Positions 40,961 through 53,944 of a stretch of 64,000 bases of DNA are shown piece by piece; position 1 is the first letter of the stretch; the number at the start of each line of letters is the position of its first letter. The DNA comes from Sphyrna mokarran. Taxonomy: Eukaryota. The stretch covers positions 101,184,001-101,248,000 of the forward strand of contig JAGIQG010000003.1 of NCBI GenBank assembly GCA_024679065.1. The letters are read 5' to 3'. Under the pieces are notes generated by a model that saw nothing but the letters and a program-made list of their open reading frames with translations, was not told the origin of the DNA and searched no databases. The position numbers were made by a program, and so were the translations under genes.

Positions 40961-42099
40961 TCCATCTGCCATCACATCATTTTTTTTTAACTGTAACATC
41001 ATTGTGATACAGGTCGTGTAATTATTTCCAACAAGCAAGATGGTTTGAACAAGAAGTTGTCTTATTATAAAAGCAAAGCCTTTATGAGCTTATTTATTTA
41101 ATAAACACAACATCATCTTTGTAACATTGTAATCATGTGACACAGCTTCTCCACTACGCAGAAGCACCTAAGTTCTGATTAGTGAACATAGCTGATATGG
41201 TATTAATGCATTTATGTCTGATCTCTGAAGTGAACAAGTCTAAACTCTGACTTTATAAACCCTAATTATAAGGCTTGGAGGATATCATATTGAGAGTAAT
41301 GGATACCCAAGAGTAAGTGCAAGGTAATAATCTCTTCAATCATGTCATAATAATGGCAGAAACTACAACAGGGAAACCTGAATAATTAGAACTGCCATCT
41401 GAACTTGCAGATAAAATTAGATTTGAAATCATTTCAGAGTAGCTATTACTTTTTAGTACATGTAGTAAACATCTAAGCTCCATCTAGTTGACATTTGATG
41501 AAATCCAATCTGAAGATGTAACAATCATGTATAATCATTACAAATATTTTGAGGAATAGCTAATAGTTAATTGCTGACAATAACTTGGGTAATATATGCA
41601 TCAGAGGTTGTAAGCTTCTAGGCCACATTGTATCATGAAGCAAAAACACCAAGGATTTAAAATTGTATAAATTGCTATTGGTGAAACAGAACAGACATAT
41701 CAATATCATCTTACATAAGAACATGAGAAATAAGAGCAAGAGTAGGCCATCTAGCCCCTCAAACCTGTCTCACCATTCAACAAGATCATGGCTGAGCTGA
41801 AATGGATCAATTCCATTTACCCACTTGCTCTCCGTAACCCTTAATTCTCTTGTCTATCAGAAATCTATCTATCTAAAATCTATCTTAAACCCACTGCCAT
41901 CCGTCTTATCCTATGCAAAGTATCTAACCGACTTCTCTTCATACCATCCACTCATCAACTTCTTTCAGTATGAATCACTATTCCTCCATGTTTAATACCA
42001 ATCAGAATTAGCACAGAGGGTAACAAGGGGCACAGAATATACTCTGTATTGGGAGAGGTTGGAGAAACCACAATGTTTATTACCAAATACTACATCACT

Positions 42100-44530
42100 A
42101 CTGATCTAAGTGACCAGGACCTGATGGATATGTTACTAGACTGGGCCTGCAGCATGTGGTGAAGGAGCCTCCAGCAGGCGATGAGGAAACCAAGAGTGAA
42201 AAACCTATTTGATCTCATTCTCAATAATCTACCATTCACACATATATCCTTCCATGGTAATATTAGCAGGAATGACCATCACACAGTCTTTGTGGGAGCA
42301 ACGTCCTGTCTTCATATTGTAGACACCCTCCATCATGTTGTGTGATATTATCAGTATGCTTTTTTTAGGTGTATTTTCACACATGCACGTTTACCCTTGG
42401 GAAATAGTGAGAGAGTGGCAAAAGGACTCCTGAGCTGCTTATCAGCCCATTGACCCACATTATGCACACTATTTCCATGGCAAACAAGTCCTGGCATTTG
42501 ACTTGAATTCATTGTTTCCAGTGGAGAGGTAGCATACTACCCACTGTATAACAAAACCTACTATGCACCATGCTAAGTAGGATATACATGCAAAAGATCT
42601 AGCAACATAAAACTGAGCATCAAAGAGGCACTGTGGGCCATCAACAGCAGAATTATACTCACCCAATCCATAATCATATGGTCCAGTATATTTTCCCCAA
42701 TCTACCATTACCATCTAGCTGGGTATCAGTCCTGTTCAATGAGGAGTGCCAGAGAACAGGCTAGGACCAGCACCAGACTTACCTAAAAGTGAGGGGTCAA
42801 TCTGGTGAAGCTACAAAACAGAACTTTTTGCATGCCAACAGTGGAAATAATACGTGATAGCAAAAGCTAAGCAGTCCCACAACCAATGGATCAGTTCAAA
42901 GCTCTGAAGTCCAATTATAATTGGTGGTAGCCAATTAAACAATTAATGGAAGGAGGAGGAGACTCCACAAAATATCCCCATTGTCCATGATTGAGAGTCG
43001 AGCACATCAGAGCATAAGATAAGAATTTGACGCCACCTTCCATCAGAAATGGATCATCCAACTCTACCTCCTCATCGAGGTGCCCAGCATCAATCTTCAG
43101 CCAAGTTGATCTTCACTTGACATGATATCAAGAAATGGCTCACAGAATTGGATGCTGTAAGGACTATGGATCCTGATGACATTCCAGCAATAGTACAAAA
43201 GATTCTGGGTCCAAAACCAGCTGCGGCCCTTGTCAAGCTATTTCAGTATAGAACAACACTGGCATCTACCTGGCAATATGGAAAAAATGACTAAGTATGC
43301 ACTATTGACAAGAAACAGGAGAAATCTAACCCAGCCAATTATTGCCCAGTCAGTTCATTCTCAATCATAAGCAAAGTGATGGAAAGGGTCATCAATAGTG
43401 TCACTTATTCAGTGATAACTTGCTCACTGACTTTCAGCTTGAGTTCCGCCAGGGCCAATTCAGCTTCTAGTCACATTACAACCTTGTTCAAAGATGGACA
43501 AAAAAGCTGAATTTAAGAGATAAGGTGAGAGTGACTGCCCTTAACATCAAGGCAGGCTTTGACTGAGTATGGCACTTAGGAGCCCAAGCAAAACTGGAGT
43601 CAATGGGATTCAGGAGACAATGCTCCACTGGTTAGTTATATTTAGCACATAGGAAGATAGTTGTTGTTGCTGCAGATCAATCACAGTCTCAGGACATCAG
43701 GACTTCCTCAAGATAGTGTCCTAGGTCCAAACATCTTCAGCTGCTCCATTAATGACCTTCCTTTCTTCCCATGATCAGTAGCGGGGATGGTCATTGACAA
43801 TTGCACAATAGTCAGTGCAATCATAACTTTACACATATGGAAACATTTTCTGTCCACATGTAACAAAACCTGGACAATGTTCAGGTTTGGGCTGACAGCA
43901 ACAAGTAATATTCATGCTACATGAGTACCTAGCAATTACCATCCCCAACAGGAGAGAATCTAACCATTTCTTTTAATATTCTTTGGCAGCACCATAGTTT
44001 AATCCCTCAATGTCAACATCCTGGGTGTTACTATTGACCAGAAATTGAAATGGACAAGCCAGTTACAAGAGGAGATCAAAGATTGAGAATTCTGTGCTGA
44101 ATAATTCACCTCCTGAGTCCCCAAAGCCTAAATACCATCTTACAACATACAAGAGCGAGGTGAAATGCTTTTCACCTTCTGCATGAACACGCAAGAAGCT
44201 CAACACAATCCAGGGCAATGCAACTTGATTGATTGACATCTCATCCACCACCTTAAATGCTCACTCTCTCCACTGCTGATACACAGTGACAGCAATGTGT
44301 ACCAACTAAATAGCTGTACTGCAACAACTCTCCAAGGCTCCTTTGACAACATCTTCCAAACCTGTGAACTCTATCACCTAAAAGACCCAGGGCAACAGGA
44401 TCATGAGAACATTATCATCTGCAAGTTCCCCTCTAAGCTGCGTACCATTCTATCTTGGAGTTCTATCACCGTTCAACTGTTGCACAGTCAAAATCCTGGA
44501 ACTCCCTTCTTAGCAGACCTATAAGTGTAG
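42100..44530 (+). mobile_element. Second CR1-group LINE family, decayed ORF2 through 3' end
   Basis: RT motifs in order: GIYLAIWK, KKQEKSNPANYCPVS..SIISKVMERVIN, VRVTALNIKAGFD*VWH, PQDSVLGPNIFSCSINDLP. Confidence 0.88.
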
Positions 44531-47500
44531 CTACACCAAACCTCTAAAAGTTTGATTTTTAATTTTGTGATGGCTCATGTACTATTTATTAACACCATGT
44601 TGCATCATTTTTTATATTGTTACATATTATATCATTAACTCGGTATATATGTAATAGGTAGAGTTACAAAGACTTGGCAAATTGCACTGCAGTAACAGGC
44701 CATTCAGTCAATCTGTTGGTATAGATGTTTAACATTCACACCAGCATTCATCCTAATAACAACTTTGTTATCATGTCTCTTTTAATTCAATTTTTCTTTG
44801 ACTGTCTTTTTACCTATTAAATGCTGACATGAATTCTGTTTCAATTACCAACCACAAATGCATCTCATTCTCACAAACCTGGATAAAATAAAACCAACAG
44901 TCTCTCAAATCTAAATTCCAAGATAAACCATCAATCAGTTGATGCACTCATTTTGGCCATTTGTTTTCAATGCTGTTTCAATTAAATCCCCCGCCCCGCA
45001 ACACCTCCCATTCTACCACTATTGTCACACAAGAGCCACGTATGTGTAGGGAGTTCCATATACGTCCATTCTCAGTGATTCTCAGTAGATTTTTCCAGTC
45101 TGTCCCATAATCAGTCTAGAAAAAAGGACAAATTGATGGCTAAAATATGTGGTCTCAGTCCCTTAATCAAACTCAGATTTGTGCAGACAGTCCAGGAGAT
45201 GCTGTCAACGATATCAAACACCTTCTTGCTCCAAACTGCCATTAATTGTGATGACCTTTCATCCATAACACCATGTCAGCAATTGGAATTGAATGTGGCT
45301 TTGTGTTGATGTTCATTAACGGTTTGTGCTGGACGTTTTGACATCATTCGAACTTTTTGTTGAAAACAGTCATATCGTTTATTGATTTTGATTTGATTTA
45401 TTATGTATTAGTATAGAGTGAAAACTGTTGTTTCTTGCGCGCTATATAGACAAAGCATAGAGAAGGAGAGGTTGCAGACCGATTACATGTAGTGTCTAAT
45501 TCAGATATAGCTTCGGAGCAAACAATCCTATAAAGCTTTAGTAATGATAATTTGTCAAAGCGAATGCTTTGGTAACGTGTATAATTTGGAAGGAGAGAGA
45601 ATTGGGTATGGCTGACTTGCATCTATTAGGAGTGGGGAAGGGATGTTTCGGGAAAACTTCTAAATGAATGCACACAGAAAGCAGAGTTCTTTATGGCTGG
45701 GTCCCCCGGGCTATCCTGAGTCTCCCCCAATATCCTATCTGTGAGCACAAAGATACATGGTACTCCCTGTACTGTGACCACACTGCTATGTAACAGTCAT
45801 TAGCCGGGGTAGGGGAGACGTAGTTCAAACAGTATTGGAAAGAAGTGGATACAGTCAAAATGTCATGTGATACAGGTAGCAAGGTACAGGTAACACTTGG
45901 ACAGTTGTCTATCATAAAGGAACATTTTCCGGTTCCAGCTTGCGATTTTCCTTGTGAACTGGAACTGGGATCCCGGCGTTTGCAGCTCAGAAGTGAACGT
46001 GATTCTCACTGTCTTCACTAAACATTTGAACTACGTGAGTGGCAGTAATTCTCTCCGACCTGCACATTCGTGACCATTATTTCTTGGATCTGGAGCCGGC
46101 AACTTGTTTAATATGTTCTCCCAAACCATTGATAGCAAAAGAATCCTTTCATCTGTCAGCGTCAATTGATTTGTCAGTTTAGTTTTGCATCGTGTGGAAA
46201 TCTTATTACTGTAAAAAGACTCATTTCTCTTGCAGTAGTTACACCTCGATCATTGCTGTTGTACTTGCCAATGCCTGCTGCTTGTTATCTTGTATAAATG
46301 TTTTGTAGTGGGGGATACCGCATTTTCTGTGTCAAATAAGGCACATTAAGATACCATCTGTTAAAACTACGGAGCCTGGATGTATACTGTTCGCCAATTA
46401 TTGTCACTGTTTAATTCCCTTGTACAAAGTTTCCTGTCTCCGTGCAGACATTCCGCTGTCAATATAAACCAATCCCACCTAGTGAAAATCGATCATATCA
46501 ATCAATGGATTATCGCTCGCACCTAGGTCAGATTGCTACCTTCCTATTTGAAACAATCTCGTTTATAGGACGTTTCTATAAATGTTCAGAAAAAAAGGGG
46601 AAAATCAAGTCTCTGCCAAATGCAAGGCCGGTCAGTTTCATGTCTTTACAGAAGCGGAAGGCTATCTGTCAAAACAAATGTGTTGTCAGCGACCAGGGGG
46701 TCAGCAATCACTGTTGTGTGGACCATTCTCGGAGCAGTTTACCGCCGGGGCTTGATCTATTCCTGATCTGACAGAGTGGCTGGCTGGCACCAGTGGGTTG
46801 GCACTGAACTGCCAGTCTCTTCATTCCTGGACAGGTGGAGGGCGATTTAAACGGGAGCTGCATCGCATTCCCTCCCTCGTCTGTTGAACGTAGCGGATTC
46901 TATCTAGAGGGAGGGAAGGAACTGCTTGGGATTTGAATCTCATCAATCTTGGACAGACTTGGTGCAGAGCTGTTATCTGCCGGCGATTCACAGGAGAAAG
47001 CGCTCAGTTCTCGCCCTGCTCCCAGTCCTGTCCACTTCCCAGGAAGGAAAATTGCACACAGAACAAAATAGATTTGACAGCATGTGTGTTGCTTTTTCTT
47101 GCCTCCCCACTTCCCGCTGGTCCAAGAATTATTTTTGCACTACCGTCCTCCCCCATTGCCACCCCCTCTCCTCTCTCTGTCTATCCTTTCCCCAGCCCCT
47201 GCAGACCTCTCTTGATTCCGTTCCTTTCCAATTCTGGGCTCCAATTCTCCCCCTGCATCCTATTTGGGTCATTCATTCCCACCGCGCTTCACCGCTCATC
47301 CTTTTTATTTGGCTCCCAGCAATGCCCCCCGGATCTTTCAATCTCGTTGCCAATTCCCTGACAAATGTGGCAGGATTGCTAAAAGTTCAGTCTCTTCACA
47401 CCGGTTCAATTCCCTTCGCTCACTTCCCGAGCTGATTTGGGGAGGGGGTGAGGCGGGGGGGGTGGGGGGAGACATGAGACATGAGCTTGGCTCACAGGTT

Positions 47501-47545
47501 AGCTATTATACACATAGGTCGAAGTGCTCTCTCTCTCTTTCTTAC

Positions 47546-47657
47546 CTGGCCGGTGAAGATAAAGTTGCTCGAGTGTTGGTGGGAGAGCTCCGTGACTGGA
47601 GAGCAAGGCGCAGGCTGTTATCCAGATAGAAAGCAGCAGGGACATTGTAGATCGCAT
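47546..47657 (-). CDS. TAFA1: TAFA1/FAM19A1 (secreted chemokine-like neurokine), first coding exon encoding the signal peptide
   Basis: The minus strand reads MRSTMSLLLSIWITACALLSSHGALPPTLEQLYLHRP plus one base, then the donor CAG|GTAAG (intron starts at 47545). The acceptor is ttcctgctttgcag| and the exon starts at 47666. It aligns ungapped, 18/33 identical, to human TAFA1 [33 protein letters not shown] (recalled), with the phase-1 intron expected before the EGGTCEV exon. The later exons were not found in this window. Confidence 0.92.
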
Positions 47658-47992
47658 CGCGGCCCTCTGCAAAGCAGGAAGTGTTAAATAAACTTAGACC
47701 GCCTTCAGCTCCCGCAAGCCGCATTCGCTAGCAAGCTACAAAGCTCGGGCTTAAATTCTGCTAATATGTAACGGGGGAAGGAAAAAAAATTCCTTGTATA
47801 TCAACCAGAGCAAAGATACAAGAGAGCCCCCGGCTAGAATCCCGGTCGATAGCTGGAGCGGTGACTGAAAAGTTTAACAGGGGAGGGGGGAGGTTTTTGC
47901 TGCTTGTGTTGTGTCGCTGAGCTGCTTTGGATAAGCTATTACAGACTCGGCGCCCTCCTACGCTGTTTAATACTGAGGAACACAACACTCAC

Positions 47993-48450
47993 CTATGGGA
48001 AAGAGCCGAGTGTGTGGGAATGCCGCAACTACCGAGTCTTCATCATTGCTTGCCCCATGAAAAAAAAATAGAACTGCAGATTTAATTGGTTTATCAGAGA
48101 ATACTTGACATTATCCGCTCTCCCCGTTCCTTGGTTAGCAACATCTCTCCAGGACAAGACGGAGCAGCCACTTTACTCAGTTCTGTAGGTGCAGTCCATC
48201 TTAAAAGAGCAAAAAAAAACGGGATAACTACAAGTCCAGCTTCAACGAACCGACAGATCCGCTTAGCCCCCGGGAAGTGGCTACGTCTTTGCCAATTCTC
48301 TGTTAGGAGGTATTTCCAGAAAGCTTTGCAGCCTTGCCCGGGGAGAGAGAGAGAGATACAGCAGTGCTGAGCTCTGCTGAGTGAGTCGGGACGATTGGAC
48401 TGTTGGTTGGGGAGGAAGGGAGAGAGAAAGAGGGAGGGGGGGGCTGGTAT
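47993..48450 (-). other. TAFA1: TAFA1 non-coding 5' UTR exon (5' end uncertain)
   Basis: Strong donor cccatag|GTGAGT at 47992 gives a 326-nt intron to the acceptor at 47667. The sequence is unique and CpG-rich with no long ORF. The TSS is only guessed, at the pyrimidine tract near 48400-48450. Confidence 0.7.
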
Positions 48451-48689
48451 TCAGCCGCTGAGTCTTCAAGTCCTCTGCTTATTCCCAGGTCCTGTCATCA
48501 CTACTTAGCCATAGGGCGAGCTGCACATTTGTGGTCTCTTCCCTTACCCACCTTCTCCCTCCCCACCCCACCCCACCCCACCCCACCCCAAAAGAACCCC
48601 TTCCTGACTGGATGCAAAACGTGTGCTCCAGCGCCTTTCTATGACTGATATTTTCTCTGCTCCTCCGAAAGAATCTGATTCCTCCTAGA

Positions 48690-50480
48690 AATCAGCCAGA
48701 GACAGGGGTAGATTGAACCAGAGAGAGAGAGACGGGGCAGTATGAGCGAGACGGCGAGTATGAGCTAGGCGGGGAGTGGGGGTGGGGGTGGGGAGGTGGG
48801 GTGCAGAATGAGCCAAGGCGAGAGAGGCAGAACGGACCGAGGCGAGGGAAGTGTTGAATAAGCCAAAAAGAGCGGGGCAGAATGAGCCAGAGAAAGAGAG
48901 GGGGAGATTGAACCAGTGAGAAAGAGGGGGTTGGGGCAGAATGAACCAGAGAGAGAAAGGGCCAGAATGAACCACAGGGACAGAAATGAGCCAGAGACTA
49001 GGGGGGGGGGGGGGGGGGGGCGGGGGGTGAAATGAGCCGGAGAAGGGGGAGAGGAGGTTGGAGCAGAATGAGCCAGAGAAGAGGGAAAGGGGGTTGGGAC
49101 AGAATGAGCCAGACAGAGAGGGGGGACAGAATGAGCCAGATAGAGAGAGAAGGGCAGGATGAAACAGGAGGGGATGGGGGGGGGGATGGGGGATGGGGGT
49201 GGGGGTGGGGGGGGTGGGGGGTGGGGGGCAGTGGATCGGGGATCATGGGGGGACAGTGCATGGGGGGGGACAGTGCATGGGGGGGACAGTGCATGGGGGG
49301 GGACAGTGCATGGGGGGGACAGTGCATGGGGGGGACAGTGCATGGGGGGGGGGGGGAGTGGATGGGGGGGCAGTGGATGGGGGGGGCAGTGGATGGGGGG
49401 GCAGTGGATGGGGGGGGCAGTGGATGGGGGGCAGTGGATGGGGGGGCAGTGGATGGGGGGGCTGGGGGGGCAGTGGGGGGCAGTGGAGGGGGGTGGGGGG
49501 GCAGTGGGGGGCAGTGAGTGAGGGGGTGGGGACGGGGGGGCGGTGGGTGGGCAGTGGGTGGGTGGGGGGACAGTGGGTGGGTGGGGGGTGAGTGGGGGCA
49601 GTGAGTGAGGGGCAGTGGGTGGGAGGGCAGTGGGTGGGGGGGCAGTGGGGGGGCGGGTCAGTGGGGGGGCAATCGGTGGGTGGGGTGAGTGGGGGGGCAG
49701 TGGGTGAGTGGGGGGGCGGTGGGTGGTTGGGGGGCAGTGGGTGGGCGGTTGGGCGGCAGTGGGTGGGTGGTTGGTTGGGGGGGCAGTGGTGGGTGGGTGG
49801 TGGGGGGGTGGGGGGTGGGGGGGTGGGGGGGGTGGGTGGGTGGGGGGGGGGTGGGTAGGTGGGGGCGGTGGGTGGGGGGGGGTAGGTGGGGGCGGTGGGG
49901 GGTGGTGGGGGGCGGTGGGTGGGTGGGTAGGTGGGGGGGGGTCGGTGGGTGGGTAGGTGGGGGCGGTCGGTGGGTGGGTGGGTAGGTGGGGGGCGGTCGG
50001 TGGGTGGGTGGGTGGGTGGGTAGGTGGGGGGCGGTCGGTGGGGGGCGGTCGGTGGGTGGGGGGTCTGGGGGGTCAGTGGGGAGGGGTGGGGGGTCAGGGG
50101 GAGTGGGTGGGGAATGTGGGGGGGGAGTGGGGAATGTGGGGGGGGGTGGGGAATGTGGGGTGGGGGGAGTGGGGAATGTGGGGGGAGTGGGGTGGGGAAT
50201 GTGTGGGGAATGTGGGGGGGAGTGGGGAATGTGGGGGGGAGTGGGGAATGTGGGGGGGGAGTGGAAGTGGGAGGGGTGCAGAATGAGCCAGAGAGAGGAC
50301 AAAATGAATCAGAGAGAGAGGCAGAATGAGCTGGAGAGAGAAGGCGAGTGGGGGGCAGAATGAGCCAGAGGGAGGCAGAGTGAGTCAGAGAGAGGAACAG
50401 AATGAGACAGTGAGAGGGGCAGAATGGACCAGAGAGAGACAGCGGGGGAGAAGAGGGGGAAGCAGAGTAAGCCAGAGAGA
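48690..50480 (+). repeat. Compound G-rich minisatellite with G-quadruplex potential
   Basis: The outer unit GGGGCAGAATGAGCCAGAGAGAG occurs at both ends. Inner arrays are G(n)ACAGTGCAT, G(n)CAGTGGAT, GGGGCGGTCGGTGGGTGGGTAGGT and GGGGAATGTG(n)AGT. Confidence 0.95.
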
Positions 50481-50852
50481 ACAGTTACTTTAGCAGCACA
50501 GTGCTGCCATTGAGAAGTTTAGCGGCAGCACCGGATCGACCAGTTCCGTTGGTGTCAAAGAGGAAATCTGGATGTCAAAGTTGTCAGTAATGTCCTTCTC
50601 GTGTCTGCCGTTGTAACTAACACAAGTTAACTGCCTGACAATGTGAAGGCTGCATGTATTTATTGCTTGTTAATTTGGTCCTATTTCAGTGCTAGCTACA
50701 GAATGAATGTGGTTCTGTTTGGACTTCGGGACTCCCCTGTTTAAACTCCAACCTCTGCCCGGGACCCGACTGTGAGATAAGCGGCCTTCGGGTGTTTCCT
50801 GCCCCATCCTCCCCCTCTCCCGGCTTTGATTCTCCCGCCACTCGCTCCTTAC

Positions 50853-51100
50853 CTGGAAGAGTCGGGGCAGAGAGAGGGAGGGAGCTGAGAGCAGTGGCCA
50901 GCCCGGGGGGGGGGTTGGGGGCGAGGTACTGGGCTCACCGGGGAGATGCGGGGGCTTCCTCCCGCTCGGTCACAGCCATTTCCCCGGGGCTCCAGTGAAA
51001 CGTGAACTTTCCTTCCCGGGGAGACCAGGCTGCTTTATCCAGGCAGCGTGGAGAGCAGGGCGAGAGGAATGGCTGTTCACGCTGTCAAGGACACCATCCC
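50853..51100 (-). other. TAFA1: Candidate alternative first exon of TAFA1
   Basis: Two consensus minus-strand donors, CAG|GTAAGG (intron from 50852) and CCG|GTGAGC (intron from 50938), in a CpG-dense block upstream of the coding exon. The 5' end is unknown. Confidence 0.45.
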
Positions 51101-52699
51101 TGCTTCTCCTCACCTCCCAGTCATTCCCCCCTCGATGCATTGCACTTTAGAAAGTCGATCAGAATGTCCTAGCACATTAAATCAAGCCAGCAGCACAAAA
51201 GATCAAATGCTAGAAATCAACAAAACCGACTCCCTTTCTCACCCGAAATCAAAGAGAAAGCGGCTTGTACTGTCCTTGGCCCCCTTCGGACTTAACCCTG
51301 TTTGAATTTCATGCATCTTTCTTCGTGGGCCGTCTTAAAGCGAGATAGCTTGCTGCTCAGTGCAGATATTAGACCAGTTGCCCATGACTGATTTTTTTTT
51401 CTGTTGGCAGCAATGTGCACCTTTCCGCGGGGAAAGGGAGGCTGGTAGTCTTAAAAAAAAATTCAAATGATGATAGGTAACGCAGATGCTGCATCTCCGG
51501 CGTCCTGCCGGAGGGGAAGATGCTGGGTGAGTTGATGGATGGGCTTGTGCTGTATCTATTGGAGTTATTGTGGCAAAAAAAAGCATGACATTTCCCCCAA
51601 AACTTACGCACAAGAATCGGCTGTCGAGGAGGTGAAATGCTGCTTTGCTATCTCTGATCCACTAAAGAAAGGAACTTTTTTTAATTATTTTTTTCTTGAT
51701 GGGGAATGGTTGAAGCTCTTTGCAATGGGCAGCTATTGCAAACTGCTCATTACCTCCCCGCAAGTGATCCAGAAATATCGCTCACGCACTTTGCAGGAAT
51801 TACAGTCAGACAGCAATTCAGCCCAAGCTCCAGCAATATGATACTATATCAATACATTAGCGTTGTGTGTGTGCAATGCACCGCAAGCACCTTTAAAGTT
51901 GCAGAATTATATTTCGAGTCAACACGTACATCTTGTAATAGGTTCTTTGGAACACAGTATCAATGTTTCCATTAAGACACGGTATTTATACTCTAGCAGA
52001 ATCGCCAGGGAAATGAGGGAAAATTGACTTTTAGTTGTTTTTTTCTCTCTCGGAACGTTGCATTTGGACATTCAATGGTTTGATGTTCGAATGGTCCGTC
52101 AAATGTTACTTATCAAATCAATTATTTAAGATTAATCTGAGTTGCTATCTATTTATCATCCCTAATTGTATTTCCTATTGATTTTGCATTGATTTTTGTC
52201 TAAAAGTATAAGAACTAAAGTCGGCGTCTCGGGAAGTTTTAGTAAGCACCCCCTGCGTTACATTAAACAGGGGCCAATAGTCCATCCAGAGAAGGGGATG
52301 GGTAACACATTGCTGCTTTTAAAAGCAGCTATCCCTCACTGAAAGGTTGTGAATAAGGAACAATTCACTTTAGATGTGTATGCGCGAGCAGACCCTTCAG
52401 GAGTATTTCGGGACTTCACTATATTCGGTCCAGAGAGAAGGATGGGGGTTTTATAAAATTACAGCCAATGAGTGGGTTCGTTTTAGCAAGGAGCGCACTC
52501 TCCAATTTACCGAACGCTTTTTTCAACATGTAAAGAAAGCAAATCTGAATAGTTAATCACCCATTAATGCACCTCTTCTGAATATGGTCTTCAGTAAAGT
52601 GGCAAATCAGTGTTAGTGTGTGTTCAAATATAACTTCATGCTTTCTGAATACAATGCACTTCAAACCAACCTCCTATCTCATTTGTAACACTTAATTGG

Positions 52700-53300
52700 A
52701 GCGAGTGAAGCCAATTTGATGCTGAGATGTATTAAAAGGGACACCATTGTTGGGGCTGCACTTGGAATATTGTGCACCATCCTGGTTCCCCCAGCTAAGA
52801 ATATTGTAGCTATTGAGGGGACATAGAAGTGAAGAATCAGAAATATAGGATACCGACAGCGCAGAAGGAAGCCATTCGTCCCATCGGAGCGGGCACCAAC
52901 TCTTTGACAGAACATCTTACCCAGGCCCACCCCACTTGCCACAGAGGGATTGGGTTATAAAGGACAATGACAAGGATCCGTTCTCATTGGGAAAGGGAAG
53001 GCTTCAAGATGAAATCCTTACCCATATTAGAATTCTGATGTGGAACGCATAAGACTGCTTGGCCTAGAAGTGTAGCATAGTCGGCCCCCTGTTAAATTCA
53101 CAACTAATCTGGGGAAGCGTTACTTCAATGAGTTTCTGGAAAATCAATGGAACTGGCTCCCGAGAGAAGTGGTGGGAAATAGTAATACTGATTCATTCAG
53201 CGCAAACTGGGTAGATTTCCTTCCAAAATAATATTTTGGGACAAATTATATGAGTAATTGAGGATATGAAATAGGATAAGTGTAACAGTCTTTGGAAGGG
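52700..53300 (+). mobile_element. Old CR1 3' fragment with an inserted SINE/LINE tail (52835-52940, minus strand)
   Basis: gcacttggaatattgtgcacca (HLEYC) and tggaactggctcccgagagaagtggtgg (WN.LP..VV) motifs. Confidence 0.7.
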
Positions 53301-53424
53301 CAGATGATTTTAGACCTATGGTTCTCAAAGGAGTAAGGGGAATAATTGATATTGATGGCCATCATTAGCCAATTACAACCTCTGTTATGCGATGACCAGG
53401 GTGGTAAAAGTTGAATGGAAACAT

Positions 53425-53944
53425 GGGGCAGGATCTTCCCCAGGGGCTTGATGATCCGACCGGGATTTTATCGCCACGGATTTTATCCCCCGAGCTGGCT
53501 ACTTAATGACCAGGGACAAGTTATTGAAGTTCCCCTCCACAGGACAGTAGCAGGAGCAGGAAGTTATTCGAGGTCAGTGAGGAAGGGAATGCCCCAACAT
53601 GGAATATATTCAACTGTTCGCCCACCATCACAGAGAGGAACCTGTCCACAAGATAATCTGCAACTGAAGCCAGATACATGGGGAGGATCTCTGAGCTGAC
53701 TTGGAGCAACCCCACCAACTCCCACCCCCCCCCCAAACTCCCCCCCCAAACTCCCCCATCCCCATTTGCCACCAGGAGGTCCTTCAAGGCAGCTATTCCC
53801 TGATTCCTCCAGGGATATGGGCGGCAATCGGCATTTAATTCATTGACTCTGCCACCGGCCGCTTGCAGGTCAGCAGACCTCCTGAAACTGCATTCTGCAT
53901 TGGCCCACCATCATGCCCACCCCCATCGACTTAAAATTCAATCC
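53425..53944. mobile_element. Non-autonomous Harbinger-type element
   Basis: Termini ggggcaggatctt / aaaattcaatcc with a GC-rich interior in AT-rich surroundings. Confidence 0.5.

Larger units (their letters stand above)
1..47545 (-). other. TAFA1: TAFA1 intron following the first coding exon (continues beyond the window)
   Basis: No GGTCEVIAAHRCCNKN-type exon was seen downstream of the donor. The region is repeat-filled, and this intron is known to be very large in mammals. Confidence 0.7.
46300..52500. promoter_or_regulatory. CpG-rich promoter region of TAFA1 (two CpG blocks flanking a G-rich repeat)
   Basis: CpG dinucleotides are visibly retained at about 46.3-48.9 kb and 50.5-52.5 kb against a CpG-depleted background, and the region surrounds the 5' exons. 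There is a TGTGGGAA (RBPJ-like) motif at 48013-48020. CpG observed/expected was not computed. Confidence 0.7.

Noticed and set aside
46926-47435. 169-aa and 142-aa ORFs near the promoter
   Set aside because: They are overlapping ORFs in pyrimidine-rich sequence antisense to the TAFA1 intron, with no recognisable domain.
48685-50363. Many long Gly/Trp-rich or Pro/His-rich ORFs
   Set aside because: They are translations of a G-rich tandem repeat that lacks stop codons and are open in several frames on both strands.
48690-50480. CRISPR-like or telomeric array
   Set aside because: There are no unique constant-length spacers, no cas genes and no TTAGGG units, and the context is eukaryotic.
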